64,000 nt of DNA. It comes from Nitrospinales bacterium (GTDB lineage Bacteria; Nitrospinota; Nitrospinia; Nitrospinales; VA-1). The translations under genes were made by a program, and so were the position numbers. Position 1 is the first letter of the stretch, and every line of letters starts with the position of its first letter. The stretch covers positions 480,001-544,000 of the forward strand of contig OZ253496.1 in NCBI GenBank assembly GCA_965262115.1. Reading direction: 5' to 3'. This document shows, one piece after another, positions 10,379-23,208 of the stretch. The notes under the pieces are model-generated. The model was not told where the DNA came from and searched no databases. It saw only the letters and a program-made list of their open reading frames with translations.

Positions 10379-10560
10379 TTGAGAACCTCATTATTGGTTT
10401 TTCATCCAACAACCAATAATCTTTTTGTCGGTAGCATATCAACCAACGATGTGAGGGAGTTTAACGGATTAACCGGTGCTTTTGTCGGCAGTTTCGGTGA
10501 TACGGCAACCAATATATCAGATGGAGGAACAAAAGACATAGCATTTCACCCCTCAAGCTG
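10379..10560 (+). pseudogene. Fragment of a beta-propeller (NHL-like) repeat protein
   Basis: LVFHPTTNNLFVGS...VREFNGLTGAFVGSFG...DIAFHP looks like one blade; no good start or full ORF. Confidence 0.4.
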
Positions 10561-10727
10561 TTTTTTTGGGGAACAATGGTTACGGAACAAAACACATCCG
10601 GGTTTGCCATGGAATTTATTGGGGATATGAGTGATTCAAAGGCAACAAACGTCCTTGCGGGTAATGCTCAAGTTGTCGGTCCTGCCGCTCCGTAAGTATT
10701 TGTATCCCAACTGACACAGACGGAAGA

Positions 10728-11666
10728 TCAAGTTTCCTTGGACCTGGTTTTTTCCTGGATGGCGTTGAACACCGATAAGGCCTGCGCCACCATAGAACCC
10801 GCGTCACCCGTTTGGGTCGGCAATAAAACCGTATTGCTTTCCTTGGCGAGATTGGAAAAGGCTTCAATATACTGTTCGGCTAATTTCAGGGCCACTGCTT
10901 TTTCGCCACCGGCTTTATCTATTGAGGCAGCGACCATTTCGATTCCCTCTGCCGTAGCTTTGGCCACGGCCAGTATCGCCTCGGCCTCTCCCTTAGCCCG
11001 GTTGATCTGGTCGGTCATGGCCGCTTCAGATTTCAACACCACTTCCTGTTTTATTCCTTCGGCAATATTGATCTGCGCTTGTCGTTTTCCCTCGGAATTC
11101 AAAACTTCTGCCCGCTTTTGACGTTCCGCCGCAACCTGCAGTTCCATGGCCGTACGCACATTAGTGGGCGGCGTTATATCTTTAATCTCATAACGCAGAC
11201 ACTGAATGCCCCATACACTGGACGCTTCGTTGATGGACTGGACAATATTTGTGTTCAATATTTCCCGTTCCTCAAATGTTTTATCCAGGGTTATTTTGCC
11301 CAGTTCAGACCGCATTGTGGTTTGCGCCAGTTGGCTGATAGCATAGAGAGGATCGCGCACTCCATAGGAGGCTTGCTTAGGATCAGTGATTTTTAAATAC
11401 AGGATTCCATCGATCACCAGCGTCACATTGTCTCGGGTGATGGCTGATTGACTGGGAATATCGACGGCATTTTCCTTTAAGGAATGTTGGTAAGCGATCT
11501 TATCGACAAAGGGGATGATAAAGTGCAAGCCAGCAATCAGCGAATTATTGTACCTTCCCAGTCTTTCTACGATCCAGACCTTTTGCTGGGGAACTAATTT
11601 AACGCCCTTAAAAACAAAGATAAATACAACAAAAGCAATGGCTAGAAATAAATTTGGTGTTTCCAT
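10728..11666 (-). CDS. SPFH/band 7 stomatin-like protein (QmcA type)
   Basis: VERLGRY, ITRDNV, AQTTMRSELG, Band_7_C-like end; ATG at 11666 preferred over 11699. Confidence 0.92.
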   Translation of the reverse strand: METPNLFLAIAFVVFIFVFKGVKLVPQQKVWIVERLGRYNNSLIAGLHFIIPFVDKIAYQHSLKENAVDIPSQSAITRDNVTLVIDGILYLKITDPKQASYGVRDPLYAISQLAQTTMRSELGKITLDKTFEEREILNTNIVQSINEASSVWGIQCLRYEIKDITPPTNVRTAMELQVAAERQKRAEVLNSEGKRQAQINIAEGIKQEVVLKSEAAMTDQINRAKGEAEAILAVAKATAEGIEMVAASIDKAGGEKAVALKLAEQYIEAFSNLAKESNTVLLPTQTGDAGSMVAQALSVFNAIQEKTRSKET

Positions 11667-11732
11667 GACCCCTCCCCAATTTGGAAGATTCGCCTGCAAG
11701 TTTTTAAACCCATTTTTTAGAGGCCTCTATAA

Positions 11733-12200
11733 TTATTCTGTCGATGATGGACGAACAATCAGTATTCCCTGAGAAACTTCGGTGATGACGACTTCCGTGT
11801 TCAATGGAATGGGTCCCTCTAAACTATAATCTGTATCTACTTTGCACTTCATGATCGTTCCCGACCATTTCACTTTTCCCGTTTTGCCTTTAGCCAGATC
11901 TTCTCCATAAACAATTGCTGTTGAACCCACCATATCGTTATAACCACCATTTTTTCCTTTTAGGAATTTTTTCAGGGGCTTCCACAACAAACCTGTCCAA
12001 ACTCCGGTAAGAGCAAAAAATAGCATAAATTGATGGGTCGGCTCCATGACCCTACCTGAGACAAGAACCGCCCCGACGCTGATCGCACCTAACCCGGCAA
12101 ACAGAAAACCGATCCCTTCCAGAACCGCAATCTCCAGGAAAATAAAAAAAGCTCCTGCGATCAACCAGCTGGTACCGTGACTGAAATCCAGTGTTTCCAT
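11733..12200 (-). CDS. NfeD-like protein (YbbJ type)
   Basis: N-terminal TM helices and C-terminal OB-like domain (GKVKWSG...ILIV); canonical partner of SPFH genes. Confidence 0.85.
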   Translation of the reverse strand: METLDFSHGTSWLIAGAFFIFLEIAVLEGIGFLFAGLGAISVGAVLVSGRVMEPTHQFMLFFALTGVWTGLLWKPLKKFLKGKNGGYNDMVGSTAIVYGEDLAKGKTGKVKWSGTIMKCKVDTDYSLEGPIPLNTEVVITEVSQGILIVRPSSTE

Positions 12201-12720
12201 AAAGTTTTCCCTTTGGGACCCGAACCATCCTTTCCCTAATCCGAACTGGTCAAATTCTGCTATAAATACCCCCCGTTTGCAAACCTTATTGCCGTGATTT
12301 CGTGCGTCAAAACTGCTCCTAACACGCTTCAGAAAGTAAAACTGGGGACTCTTTCATTGATCCATCAAAAAATTCAGGCAACACCTAAAGTTTGCCACCC
12401 ATATGACGATTAGACTAATAGCATCTTTAGGGCAAAAAAAGGAGAAAGTCATGGTAAGAGACGACATAACCTTTTGGGGACTTAGTGCTTTTTTAGTAAC
12501 CGTCATTATGGTATTAACGTTCCAACCTGCTCCAATCATTTAAAGGAACCCCGGTAACGGTCTCATTCGGCCTAAGCTCCATTTATGGCTATTTTGGCTA
12601 AAAGAAAAATTGGTGCTTTACCGGTGGTTCATAAAAATAAACTAGTCGGCATAATTACCGCCGCTGATATCCTCAAGGCTTTTGTAAAACTCAGAAACTG
12701 TCTCGATCAATTCGGAAAAT

Positions 12721-12755
12721 AAAAAACCCGGCTCGCTCAAGCGAACCGGGTTTTT
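12721..12755. terminator. Intrinsic terminator (possibly bidirectional)
   Basis: AAAAAACCCGGCTCGC-TCAA-GCGAACCGGGTTTTT. Confidence 0.8.
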
Positions 12756-12783
12756 ACTATTAATGGCAGTAGAACAATAGAGG

Positions 12784-12948
12784 TTAATAAGCCCCTTTAG
12801 TTTCGTCCACTCCCATCTTCTTGAGATCTTCTTTGCTCCATCCTTTCGAGCTTCCGGAATCACTACTTGAACCACCTGTCTGAACTCCAGCGCAACCGCT
12901 AACCACAAACATCAACATCAACACGCACAATAACATTTTCACTTTCAT
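12784..12948 (-). CDS. Small lipoprotein (54 aa)
   Basis: RBS GGAGGAG, MKVKMLLCVLMLMFVVSG-C lipobox, followed by a terminator. Confidence 0.75.
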   Translation of the reverse strand: MKVKMLLCVLMLMFVVSGCAGVQTGGSSSDSGSSKGWSKEDLKKMGVDETKGAY

Positions 12949-13175
12949 TTTCTCCTCCAAGTCTCGAAGTAAACTAGTTTTACCGCCAATAAACGCTCTA
13001 ATAAATAAAATGTGAATCGGGGTTTTTCCGCACAAAATTATTGTGCTCGCACCCCTGCTTGATCCCCCAACTCCATAACTATATATTTTTCAGCAATTAT
13101 GCTATTCTGATTGTCTCAGATTATAACAGAAAATTCCCGATTCGTCTTTAACGTTCCATAAACGGGGTTAAATTC

Positions 13176-13700
13176 ATGAAAAACTGGTTCATGCTGTCTC
13201 TAATTGGATTCGACCAGCCCAGCATGGTCGCCCGCCTGAGTGCCGGACTCTGTAAAAATGGCTGTAACCTGGGCGACTCTTCCATGGTCCGGTTGGGAAA
13301 CTATTTCACCATCATGCTGATGGTTGAGCATGAAGGCGGAAAGGAATCCTTGGAGCCCATCATTGCTTCTATTTGCGAACCCCTGAAACTCAACGCCCAT
13401 TTAGTCGAACTGGAAGATGGAACCCAGCACCATTGCGAACCGGATGTAAGAATCAGCCTGTTCGCTGAAGACCGTATGGGAATTGTGGAAGATGCCACCA
13501 CGCCCTTGGCCCAAGCCGGATTAAATATCCTGCATCTTGAGTCCAATGTCGGGGACGCCGAAGAGTCGGGCACCTATTATATCCATCTCGAGGGCACCGT
13601 TTCCAAGGGGTTGGATAACCTCTATGAAATTTTGGAAAAACTGGAAAAAGAAAAGGGCATCAAGTCCCACTTGATCCCCATCAATGCTCAGGTCACCTGA
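13176..13700 (+). CDS. Tandem ACT-domain protein (GcvR-like)
   Basis: Two ACT repeats (GFDQPSMV...NLGDSSM; AEDRMGIV...NILHLES). Confidence 0.85.
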   Translation: MKNWFMLSLIGFDQPSMVARLSAGLCKNGCNLGDSSMVRLGNYFTIMLMVEHEGGKESLEPIIASICEPLKLNAHLVELEDGTQHHCEPDVRISLFAEDRMGIVEDATTPLAQAGLNILHLESNVGDAEESGTYYIHLEGTVSKGLDNLYEILEKLEKEKGIKSHLIPINAQVT

Positions 13701-13817
13701 CTTTTAAACGCAGAGCCTCTGCGGACAAAATGCAATGTCTGCATCCTGTGGGCAAGCGTGTTATCTCGGCTTGTGATAATTCTTCATTGGCCTTCATGCC
13801 CCGCAGGGGTACAAAGA

Positions 13818-13890
13818 GTCTTGCGAGCCGCAGAGCGGCGCGGCAATCCATAGGGGTTGCCGTCTTTGCGAACAAAGTGAAGCAATCCAG
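13818..13890. repeat. Partial REP-like elements related to 9179-9258
   Basis: GTCTTGCGAG..GAGCGGCGCGGCAATCC and GTCTTTGCGAA..GAAGCAATCCAG. Confidence 0.55.
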
Positions 13891-13902
13891 ATTTGAATAA
13901 TT

Positions 13903-14292
13903 ATGATACTCGGACTCGACGACATACCCGGAGGCACACCCCTCGTTTCTTTCCTCACCTGGTTGGTACTATCCGGACTGTTTTATCTGGTCTGCTACCT
14001 TGCGATTCTCAATGTTCTGGATGACCTGACTAAAAACAGCCTGCTAAAAATCCCGGCGATGCTCGGAGCAGCGATTCCTGCGGCAGGGCTGATGGCGATC
14101 TTCCATTACAAACCCTTCGCGCTGGGAGCAGTGATTTGTGTGACCAATTTTTACCGTGTACGAACCATGCAGACTTCAGAGAAATGGAAAAACCACAAAC
14201 CAAACCCCACTCTCTTTTATGTCGCCAGCTACGCTTATATTTTTCTACTGATGGCCCTGGCAATTTATATCCCCACCCTCGACTTTGGCTAA
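13903..14292 (+). CDS. Hypothetical membrane protein
   Basis: 129 aa, about 4 TM segments; its 3' end recurs at 15295-15360 with mostly synonymous changes, which supports coding. Confidence 0.8.
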   Translation: MILGLDDIPGGTPLVSFLTWLVLSGLFYLVCYLAILNVLDDLTKNSLLKIPAMLGAAIPAAGLMAIFHYKPFALGAVICVTNFYRVRTMQTSEKWKNHKPNPTLFYVASYAYIFLLMALAIYIPTLDFG

Positions 14293-14715
14293 TAATCCAC
14301 TTAACTGATTAATTTTTAAATAGTTACTGACATCTTAACGGGTCGGGATTATATTGTTTCCCAGTTTAACCAACATAACTATTTGATTTATAAAATGTTA
14401 CCTATGGTTCTTCATATATTTGAAAGTTCCGAATGTCATCATCAACAGAAGCACGTTACCTCTACCCCCTCTCCGTTGGGGCTTTCTTATATGTCCGAGT
14501 GCATTCCCTGCAAAAAAATGCGGACCTTCCGTTTTGTCCGTGAGGGAAACAGAAAAGAGGACTGGTACTCGCATACATTGCTGCGAATTAATAGGAAAAG
14601 GAGCGAGAACCAATCCAATAAATCAAGAAGGAAAGATGATGGAATCGATAAGGTAGCAATCTGATTATTTTCAAAATCCCCGATAAAAAATTTTATCGAG
14701 AATAAAAAAAACCAA

Positions 14716-15189
14716 CTAGTTCAGGAGTCCTCGACAACGGGCGATATAGGTGTGGTTGATTTCGGCGTGGGGTTGAATTTCGAGGGCTTTTTGAAAACTT
14801 TGAAAACAATGAATAGCTTCTTCGTACCGTCGCAGATCAAACAAACATAGTCCCATCCCATTCAAGGCGCCAAAATGGTGCTGAATCTTTCGTAGCACTT
14901 CTTCACATTCCTTAACCGATTCTTCGTATTGTCCCATGATAAACAGGAGGGTTGCGAGTTTGTTATGCGCTTCAGAGAAACCCGGACATTTCTCGACCAG
15001 GGACCGGAACATTTCAAGAGCTTGCTCGTGTTGCTGACGATCCATCAACCGGGTTCCTTCATTCAGTTCCTTCTCCATCTCAGGCCCCAATTGGCTATGC
15101 CAGAGAATCCATAACCCCCGCGTGGCGTTCTCGCGAATGGAGGGGTCTTCACTCTTCAGGTCTGCCAAGTATTGCTCAGTTTTGTCCAT
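14716..15189 (-). CDS. HEAT/TPR repeat protein
   Basis: SEAHNKLATLLF..GQYEES, FGALNGMGLC..RRYEEA TPRs; probable ATG at 15189 (MDKTEQ). Confidence 0.8.
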   Translation of the reverse strand: MDKTEQYLADLKSEDPSIRENATRGLWILWHSQLGPEMEKELNEGTRLMDRQQHEQALEMFRSLVEKCPGFSEAHNKLATLLFIMGQYEESVKECEEVLRKIQHHFGALNGMGLCLFDLRRYEEAIHCFQSFQKALEIQPHAEINHTYIARCRGLLN

Positions 15190-15294
15190 GGTACTAACAA
15201 GTATAGCGGAGAACCTCCGCAGGCGTAATATCATTCATCAGTTCTCATGGACCTGTGATGTCCTTTTCCTTGAACTTCATGCCCCGGAGGGGTA

Positions 15295-15360
15295 TACGCT
15301 TATATCTTTCTACTGATGGCCCTGGCCTTTTATATTCCCACATTGGATTTCAGCGAATAG
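15295..15360 (+). repeat. Diverged duplicate of the 3' end of gene 13903-14292
   Basis: Encodes YAYIFLLMALAFYIPTLDFSE* versus YAYIFLLMALAIYIPTLDFG* at 14230-14292. Confidence 0.85.
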
Positions 15361-15369
15361 TCTCCACGT

Positions 15370-18300
15370 TCACACCCACTCTTTACAGAGCACTTCTGCC
15401 TGTTCCAGAATTAACTCCGTTGCCTTTTTCTCCATATCAGGAGGATAGCCGTACTGGCGCAAAATGCGCTTTACCATGATTCTGATTTTGGCTCGTGCAT
15501 TTTCACGAAGCGTCCAGTCAATGCTCACACTTTTCCTGACTTTCTTAAGCAATTCCTGAGAAAGAAAACGCAGTTTTTCATCTCCCATAACATCTCTTGC
15601 GCTCCCGTTATCGGCAAGCGCATAGTAAAAAGCCACTTCTTCATCATTAAGGCCCAATGATTCACCACGCTTTTGCGCTTCCCTCAAATCCTTTGCAATA
15701 CGAATCATTTCCTGAATGACTTCAGCGGCTTCAATAGTACGATTTTGGTATTTATTAATGTCTTGTTCTAACATCTCCGCAAATGACCGCGCTTGGACGA
15801 CGTTTTTTCGTGATCGAGTCTTGATTTCGTCATTGAGAAGTTTTTTTAGTAATTCCAAAGCGAGATTGCGCTGAGGCAAATTTTTGACCTCTTCAAGGAA
15901 TTCATCGGACAAGATTGAAATATCAAGCCTTCCCATGCCAGCGGCTTCAAATATATCAACGACCTCTGTCGATGCCACTGCCCGTGAAACAAGTTGTTTG
16001 ATAGCCGAATCCATCTCATCAAAAGTTTTTCCCTTTTCATCACCCGTGGTCTTAACTAATGCTGATCGCACTTCCTGAAAAAAACCTATGTCATCACGAA
16101 GTGCTAAAGCCTTTTCGTGAGGGACTGAAAGCGCAAACGCCTTGCCAAGTGCTGTGACCGCTGGCAGATAACGTTTTTTCCCATCGTCAAGACTCAGCAC
16201 AAACTCCATCGCCCTCATGATGCCTGAGATGCGGTCAGACGATTTGCCTTTAACAATATTCATGTAATCAAATCCGTAAAACATATCCTTGACGATTCCA
16301 TATTTTTCATAAAGGACAGTAACCGCTTGCTCCTGATCAATTGTTGCTGACCCTTTGCCGCCACTTTCCGTATAATTAGCCAGTGCCTTTCTAAGAGAAT
16401 CCGCAAGCCCAAGATAATCGACCACTAACCCGCCCGGTTTGTCACGAAATACTCGATTTACTCTGGCAATAGCCTGCATGAGATTATGACCATCCATGGG
16501 CTTGTCTGCATACATAGTGTGCATGCTCGGACAATCAAACCCGGTTAGCCACATATCCCTGACAATGACCAACTTTAATTCATCTTTAGGGTTTTTGAAC
16601 CGCTTCGCCAAATCTTCGCGCCCCGTTTTGCTTCGAATATGAAGTTGCCAGTCTAAATGGTCGGATGCAGAACCTGACATGACAATTTTCATAATGCCTT
16701 TTGTATCATCATCACTATGCCATTCCGGCTTGATCTTTCTGATAGCCTCGTGCATATCCACACAAACCCGACGGCTCATACAGACAATCAACGCTTTACC
16801 ATCCATGACCTCAAGACGTTTTTCGAAATGCGCCACTAAATCTTCTGCAACCAGATTAACGCGCCTCTTCGCCCCCACCATCGCTTCCAGCGCGGCCCAT
16901 TTGGTACGAAGCTTTTGTTTGCCTGATTCTTCTGCATCTTCAGTGATGTTTTCAAACTCAGGATCAAGCTTTGGTTTTTCATCTTCTTTCAGTTCAATTC
17001 TTGCTAACCGGCTTTCGTAATAGATCGGAACCGTTGCGCCATCTTCCACCGCTCGAAGGATGTCGTATTTGTCTATATAGTCCCCAAACACAGCAGGCGT
17101 ACTGCGGTCATCGTTCTCTATAGGTGTCCCCGTGAAACCTATGAACGAAGCATGGGGAAGCGCATCGTGCAAATGCCTTGCAAACCCATCAATAAAATCA
17201 TATTGGCTTCGATGCGCCTCATCCGCTATGACGACAATATTCTTTCTCTCAGAAAGAAGCGGGTGTGCGTCGCCCTTCTGGTCAGGCATGAATTTCTGAA
17301 TGGTGGTAAAGATGACTCCGCCAGATGCCACCTGCAAAAGCTCGCGCAAATGCAAGCGGCTTCCTGCCTGAGTTGGAGACTGCCTCAGCAGATCCTTACA
17401 GTTGGCAAACGTGCCAAACAACTGGTCATCAAGGTCGTTTCTGTCCGTCATCACTACTAATGTAGGATTGCCCATATCAGGGTGGCGAATGACTTTCCCT
17501 GCATAAAAGGTCATCGACAAACTTTTCCCGCTCCCCTGCGTATGCCAGATAACTCCAATCCTGCGGCCTCCAAAATGGTCCGTGCCGGGGCCATAGTGCG
17601 TTTTTCCCTCTTCTACGGTTAACGATTCGTTTGATTCAGGGAACCTGCCTATCAACTTGCTTTGGTCCGCAGAAATCCCGCAAGCAGAAAAAGTGCAGGA
17701 CAAGGCTTTATTGACCGCCCAATACTGATGATAGGCTGCGCCCTTCTTCTCAATAGTGGCTCCGTCATCCTCAAAAACAATGAAGTTAAGGAGATAACCT
17801 AGAAATCGCCGACGCTCAAACAGTCCGCGAACGGTCACTTCCAGTTCGGGCATACTTTTTGGGGCAAGCACTGTGCCCTCTACCGTCCGCCACGGCATGA
17901 ACCGGTCCCAGTCACTGGTGAGTGTTCCCGTTCTTGCCTGAATACCATCCGAAATCACCAACACTTCGTTGGCTACAAAAAGAGAAGGGATATCTTTCTT
18001 ATAGGTTTGCAGTTGATGGAACGCGCTTTTGACGGTGGCGTTCTCATCCGCCGGGTTCTTGAGATCCATCACAGCCAAAGGCATGCCGTTAATAAACACG
18101 ACCACATCCGCCCGTCTGTTCTTATTGTCTTCAATAACAGTGAACTGATTCAAAGCCATCCAGTCGTTGTTGTCGATATTTTCGAGGTCTACCAGCCAAA
18201 CCTTGACATGCCGGGTTCCGCCATATTCGTCCTTGGCAGGCACCTCGACATCCACGCCATCGGTCAACAACCGGTGAAAAGAGCGGTTGTTGACAATGAG

Positions 18301-18543
18301 GTCCGGAGATTCCGTGCCCGTTATTTTTTTGATGGCTTCCTCAATACCGATGCCGGGAACATCGGGGTTAATACAGGCCAGGCTCTTCCGCAACCGGTCA
18401 AGCAAAAACACTTGCCGATACTCATCGCGTTCCGCATCCGGCGTATCAGGGGCAAGATCAGGACCATGCAGGATGCCATAGCCCAACTCCCCCAGCCATG
18501 CCAGAGTCGCCTCCTCCACAGTGTTTTCGGTGATCTTAGTCAC
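15370..18543 (-). CDS. hsdR: Type I restriction endonuclease subunit R
   Basis: [14 protein letters not shown] nuclease motif (D in place of the usual E), [37 protein letters not shown]. Confidence 0.95.
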   Translation of the reverse strand: MTKITENTVEEATLAWLGELGYGILHGPDLAPDTPDAERDEYRQVFLLDRLRKSLACINPDVPGIGIEEAIKKITGTESPDLIVNNRSFHRLLTDGVDVEVPAKDEYGGTRHVKVWLVDLENIDNNDWMALNQFTVIEDNKNRRADVVVFINGMPLAVMDLKNPADENATVKSAFHQLQTYKKDIPSLFVANEVLVISDGIQARTGTLTSDWDRFMPWRTVEGTVLAPKSMPELEVTVRGLFERRRFLGYLLNFIVFEDDGATIEKKGAAYHQYWAVNKALSCTFSACGISADQSKLIGRFPESNESLTVEEGKTHYGPGTDHFGGRRIGVIWHTQGSGKSLSMTFYAGKVIRHPDMGNPTLVVMTDRNDLDDQLFGTFANCKDLLRQSPTQAGSRLHLRELLQVASGGVIFTTIQKFMPDQKGDAHPLLSERKNIVVIADEAHRSQYDFIDGFARHLHDALPHASFIGFTGTPIENDDRSTPAVFGDYIDKYDILRAVEDGATVPIYYESRLARIELKEDEKPKLDPEFENITEDAEESGKQKLRTKWAALEAMVGAKRRVNLVAEDLVAHFEKRLEVMDGKALIVCMSRRVCVDMHEAIRKIKPEWHSDDDTKGIMKIVMSGSASDHLDWQLHIRSKTGREDLAKRFKNPKDELKLVIVRDMWLTGFDCPSMHTMYADKPMDGHNLMQAIARVNRVFRDKPGGLVVDYLGLADSLRKALANYTESGGKGSATIDQEQAVTVLYEKYGIVKDMFYGFDYMNIVKGKSSDRISGIMRAMEFVLSLDDGKKRYLPAVTALGKAFALSVPHEKALALRDDIGFFQEVRSALVKTTGDEKGKTFDEMDSAIKQLVSRAVASTEVVDIFEAAGMGRLDISILSDEFLEEVKNLPQRNLALELLKKLLNDEIKTRSRKNVVQARSFAEMLEQDINKYQNRTIEAAEVIQEMIRIAKDLREAQKRGESLGLNDEEVAFYYALADNGSARDVMGDEKLRFLSQELLKKVRKSVSIDWTLRENARAKIRIMVKRILRQYGYPPDMEKKATELILEQAEVLCKEWV

Positions 18544-20198
18544 ACGACCGCCTCGACAAATTTCTCTGCTTCGGGGATGCGGAGTTCCCCTGACAGGAGT
18601 TTAGGAAGGAGGGTGTCTCGTTCAAGGGCTAAAGCTTTAATATCAATGGAACATACTTCTATCTTCTGATCAAAAACTCCAGCCCACTTTTCGAAATTCT
18701 CCACAAGTGCTTTGGAGCACTTAATCCACTTAAGAGCTTTGAAATCCCTTTGGCTGATGCTGCCAAAAACTGTTCCTTCTCCTTCAAACCTGTTGAAATG
18801 TTCTTCTAGTTCCTTCATTGCATAATAGGTATAAGAACGACTTCCAGATTTATGACGCACAGCCCCAACACCCCTACCAATACAACAGTTTTCTAGAGCC
18901 ATATTTACGTCACCCACAGGTGCACGCACGCTTACTAATGTGTCGTCTTTTGAAGCGAACCTCTTTGGCTTTGTGCAATAAATACGGTTCGATGGGTACC
19001 TAAAACCAAAGTCCACTCGGCCTTGAAAGAAAGGCTCCCCTTTGTTATCTTCGTTGTAGGAGTAGCCAGGAGGAGACTGGCCCATTGTCACGTCAAACTC
19101 TTCTCCAGTCGTACTCACTTCCCACCCCTTAGGTATCCAGCCTAATTCTTTGGTGTGTTCGAATTCATTGGGAAAAAGATTTTGAATTTCTTTTGGCAGG
19201 GGTTTGCGGGCATGACCAAGGTTTTTCCGCATGGCGGCTCGTTCTGCTAGTTCTTTGGGTATGGATTTGCCAGCGGCCAAAGCGTTGTCAATAACCGGAT
19301 CAAAATCCACAAACCAGCTTTTGAACAATGCCTGTGCCATGGCTTCCAACGTCTCATTCATCTTGCGGTTCAATTCAATTTTATCGTCCAGCGAACCTAA
19401 GATATGGGCAATTGCGCGTTGTTCGGGGAGAGTTGGCAATGGAACAGGAAAGCGTCCAAGGATTTTTGCGTTTGCTCCCGCTTGTGCCGAACCAGTTTTG
19501 GAGGAATTTACAAAGCCCCACCATTTTGAAGACCTCATGTTGTACCAAGTGAAAAATGGGTCAGCTAAATCAGAATTAATTTTGAAACGAATTAAGTATG
19601 AAGCAAAAACCGTTTCCTCTCTGCCTGTGAAGATATAATTTTCACCGGTACTGTTTCCCGTCCTTGCTACAACAATGTCTCCAAAACTCAACCGATACTT
19701 TTCTAAATCTTTTTCATCAATTGGGCAAAAAGGCACAGTCTTCCAGTTAACAACACCATTTTGGATATCAGTTATCCGCAAGAAATGTGGTCCAACTTTT
19801 TCCGAACTTGCGCTTTCAGTATAGCCATAGGAAACATCCGTGGCCAATTCGGATAATGAAAGCTCTCTCCACCCCTCCAGGACAACCTCACCCATGTCCT
19901 CCTGCAACACCACATGCTCGGCCTTAATATTTTTGCGGAACTTTTCCGGCACTTCATCCCAGACAAACAAGTCCATGCGGAATGGCAGGTTGCTTTCCTC
20001 GAAAGCTTCTTTCAGGTTGGAGACCTGGGGTTTTTGTTCGGGCGTGGTGAAAACCGCCATGTCGAGATCGGACTGCGGACGGGATGTCCATTTAACACGG
20101 GAACCGTAAACCCAAACGATGGTATTAGGAAGATAGCTTCTCAGCAAATCGAGAATAACCTTGCGCTGAGCAGGGGTTATATCTATGCTCACTCCCAT
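18540..20198 (-). CDS. hsdS: Type I specificity subunit with N-terminal MNT nucleotidyltransferase domain
   Basis: aa 1-100 carry GS-X10-DLD ([16 protein letters not shown]); then TRD1, [28 protein letters not shown]2, [13 protein letters not shown]. Confidence 0.92.
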   Translation of the reverse strand: MGVSIDITPAQRKVILDLLRSYLPNTIVWVYGSRVKWTSRPQSDLDMAVFTTPEQKPQVSNLKEAFEESNLPFRMDLFVWDEVPEKFRKNIKAEHVVLQEDMGEVVLEGWRELSLSELATDVSYGYTESASSEKVGPHFLRITDIQNGVVNWKTVPFCPIDEKDLEKYRLSFGDIVVARTGNSTGENYIFTGREETVFASYLIRFKINSDLADPFFTWYNMRSSKWWGFVNSSKTGSAQAGANAKILGRFPVPLPTLPEQRAIAHILGSLDDKIELNRKMNETLEAMAQALFKSWFVDFDPVIDNALAAGKSIPKELAERAAMRKNLGHARKPLPKEIQNLFPNEFEHTKELGWIPKGWEVSTTGEEFDVTMGQSPPGYSYNEDNKGEPFFQGRVDFGFRYPSNRIYCTKPKRFASKDDTLVSVRAPVGDVNMALENCCIGRGVGAVRHKSGSRSYTYYAMKELEEHFNRFEGEGTVFGSISQRDFKALKWIKCSKALVENFEKWAGVFDQKIEVCSIDIKALALERDTLLPKLLSGELRIPEAEKFVEAVV

Positions 20199-20605
20199 GT
20201 TTCACCACTCAGGGTTTGGTAAAGGCCGATGGCATCGTCGATAAAGTCACCCATCACTTGCAACACCGCCTGCGCATTTTCTCCACTGTAGTCGTGGGCG
20301 GTGCCGATGCGCAAATCGGCGTAAAGCATCCATTGCTCCAAGGTCGAAGCAAACAGGTTATTCTCAAACGCCAGCCGAAACAAGGGTTTGGGGCTGTTGG
20401 GAACCTCGGGAAGACCCAACTCATCCTGCAAATAATGTTTCAAGACCTTCCATATACAGTCATAACAAGTCTCAAAACGCTGGACGACAGACTCTTTAAC
20501 GGCTTCCTGGATCAGGTCTGGCTGGGCTGGGTCCAGCGTTCTATAGTTCTCGTGCTGGAGTTCCAGATGTTTGAGTGACTTCTGAAATTTATCGTATTCG
20601 ATCAT
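20189..20605 (-). CDS. HEPN toxin-like protein (nucleotidyltransferase substrate-binding family)
   Basis: VQRFETCYD..WK, SPKPLFR and R-X4-H-X-Y motif (RIGTAHDY). Confidence 0.88.
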   Translation of the reverse strand: MIEYDKFQKSLKHLELQHENYRTLDPAQPDLIQEAVKESVVQRFETCYDCIWKVLKHYLQDELGLPEVPNSPKPLFRLAFENNLFASTLEQWMLYADLRIGTAHDYSGENAQAVLQVMGDFIDDAIGLYQTLSGETWE

Positions 20606-20608
20606 GGT

Positions 20609-22222
<1,614 letters not shown>

Positions 22223-22481
22223 GGTTCGTTCCAGTCCTAATTATAAATATTGCTGTCCTGCTTCAAGCCTGCTCAAGTGCCTTTCTTCTCACATTGGATT
22301 GTCTATGCCGAATTATGGCAACCGTCATAGTACAGGAAGCCGCTTCCTAATAAAAACCCTAATATAAGCATGAAGCAATACGCCCATCAGAGGCATAGTA
22401 TGCTATTTATCATTTTCTTTTCAATGCCTTAAAAGGCTGGCTTGATTAAATTAAAAACTACTCCAACGCATCCTTAAATGT

Positions 22482-22871
22482 CTAGAGATTTCTTCGTAAA
22501 GCGTTAATGAGTCTTCTGGTTGATCTTCCTGGAGTTTTGCATTCCCAAAATGTCCACCCATTAACTGGATAGTTAGTGATTTGCATTGCCGCACTTGATG
22601 GGGAATCAAACTTTTTTCCGTCAAGGTCTAGTGCACCGTTATCAACCTTGGCGTAATAATTCTCTCCTTTGTGATGTGCATAAAATTCAGTGCCGTGTGG
22701 AAATGAGACTTTTTTCGTAATCCAGGGTTTTCCGTTCGCTAGATCATTGTTGATTTTTATTTTTGATAGGTTCAATAAGTCGCGAAGGACATCGTTGTAA
22801 GTAACCTCCTCCGTTAAACGCCTATTGGTTAACTCCTTAAAAACCTCAAAATCGATTTCAATGGCTTGCAT
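22482..22871 (-). CDS. RAMA/DUF4357-like DNA-binding protein with RHH-like N-terminus
   Basis: IEIDFEVFKEL..TYNDVLRDLL N-terminus; FDSPSSAA...NGWTFW C-terminal motif; RBS GGAG before ATG 22871. Confidence 0.7.
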   Translation of the reverse strand: MQAIEIDFEVFKELTNRRLTEEVTYNDVLRDLLNLSKIKINNDLANGKPWITKKVSFPHGTEFYAHHKGENYYAKVDNGALDLDGKKFDSPSSAAMQITNYPVNGWTFWECKTPGRSTRRLINALRRNL

Positions 22872-22890
22872 ATTACTCTCCCAACCTAAA

Positions 22891-22928
22891 ATAGTTAACA
22901 TAGTTTATATTTTAACTATATCAACTAT
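22891..22928. promoter_or_regulatory. Operator-like double inverted repeat
   Basis: ATAGTT-aac-ATAGTT-n8-AACTAT-atc-AACTAT just upstream of the RAMA-like gene. Confidence 0.55.
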
Positions 22929-23208
22929 AATACCTTTAATATCAAGTGTCAATTGTTAGATTAGAAGGCAGAACGGGTACTTTATAGCAAGAAGAGGTCT
23001 ATGGCTAAAACAGGAACGGCAACCACATCGGGGTTTGGGAGCGGTAGTTCTCATAGTCCTCACCAAATTGCTCTTTTAAGGCCAGTTCTTCAAAGTGGAT
23101 TCTGAACTGGAAACCGAACCAGGCACAAAGTGTGCCGAGCGTTCCCCAAATCCATGAGTGGGTGGTGATGGCATAGGCAAGAATCACCAGCATCATCGTT
23201 GTGTAAGT

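Noticed and set aside
10021..10720. Integrative element at tRNA-Pro
   Set aside because: No integrase or repeat of the tRNA 3' end seen; only a gene fragment remains
14383..14664. Small Cys/His-containing ORFs in this gap
   Set aside because: Overlapping short frames without a clear RBS or motif; cannot choose a real one
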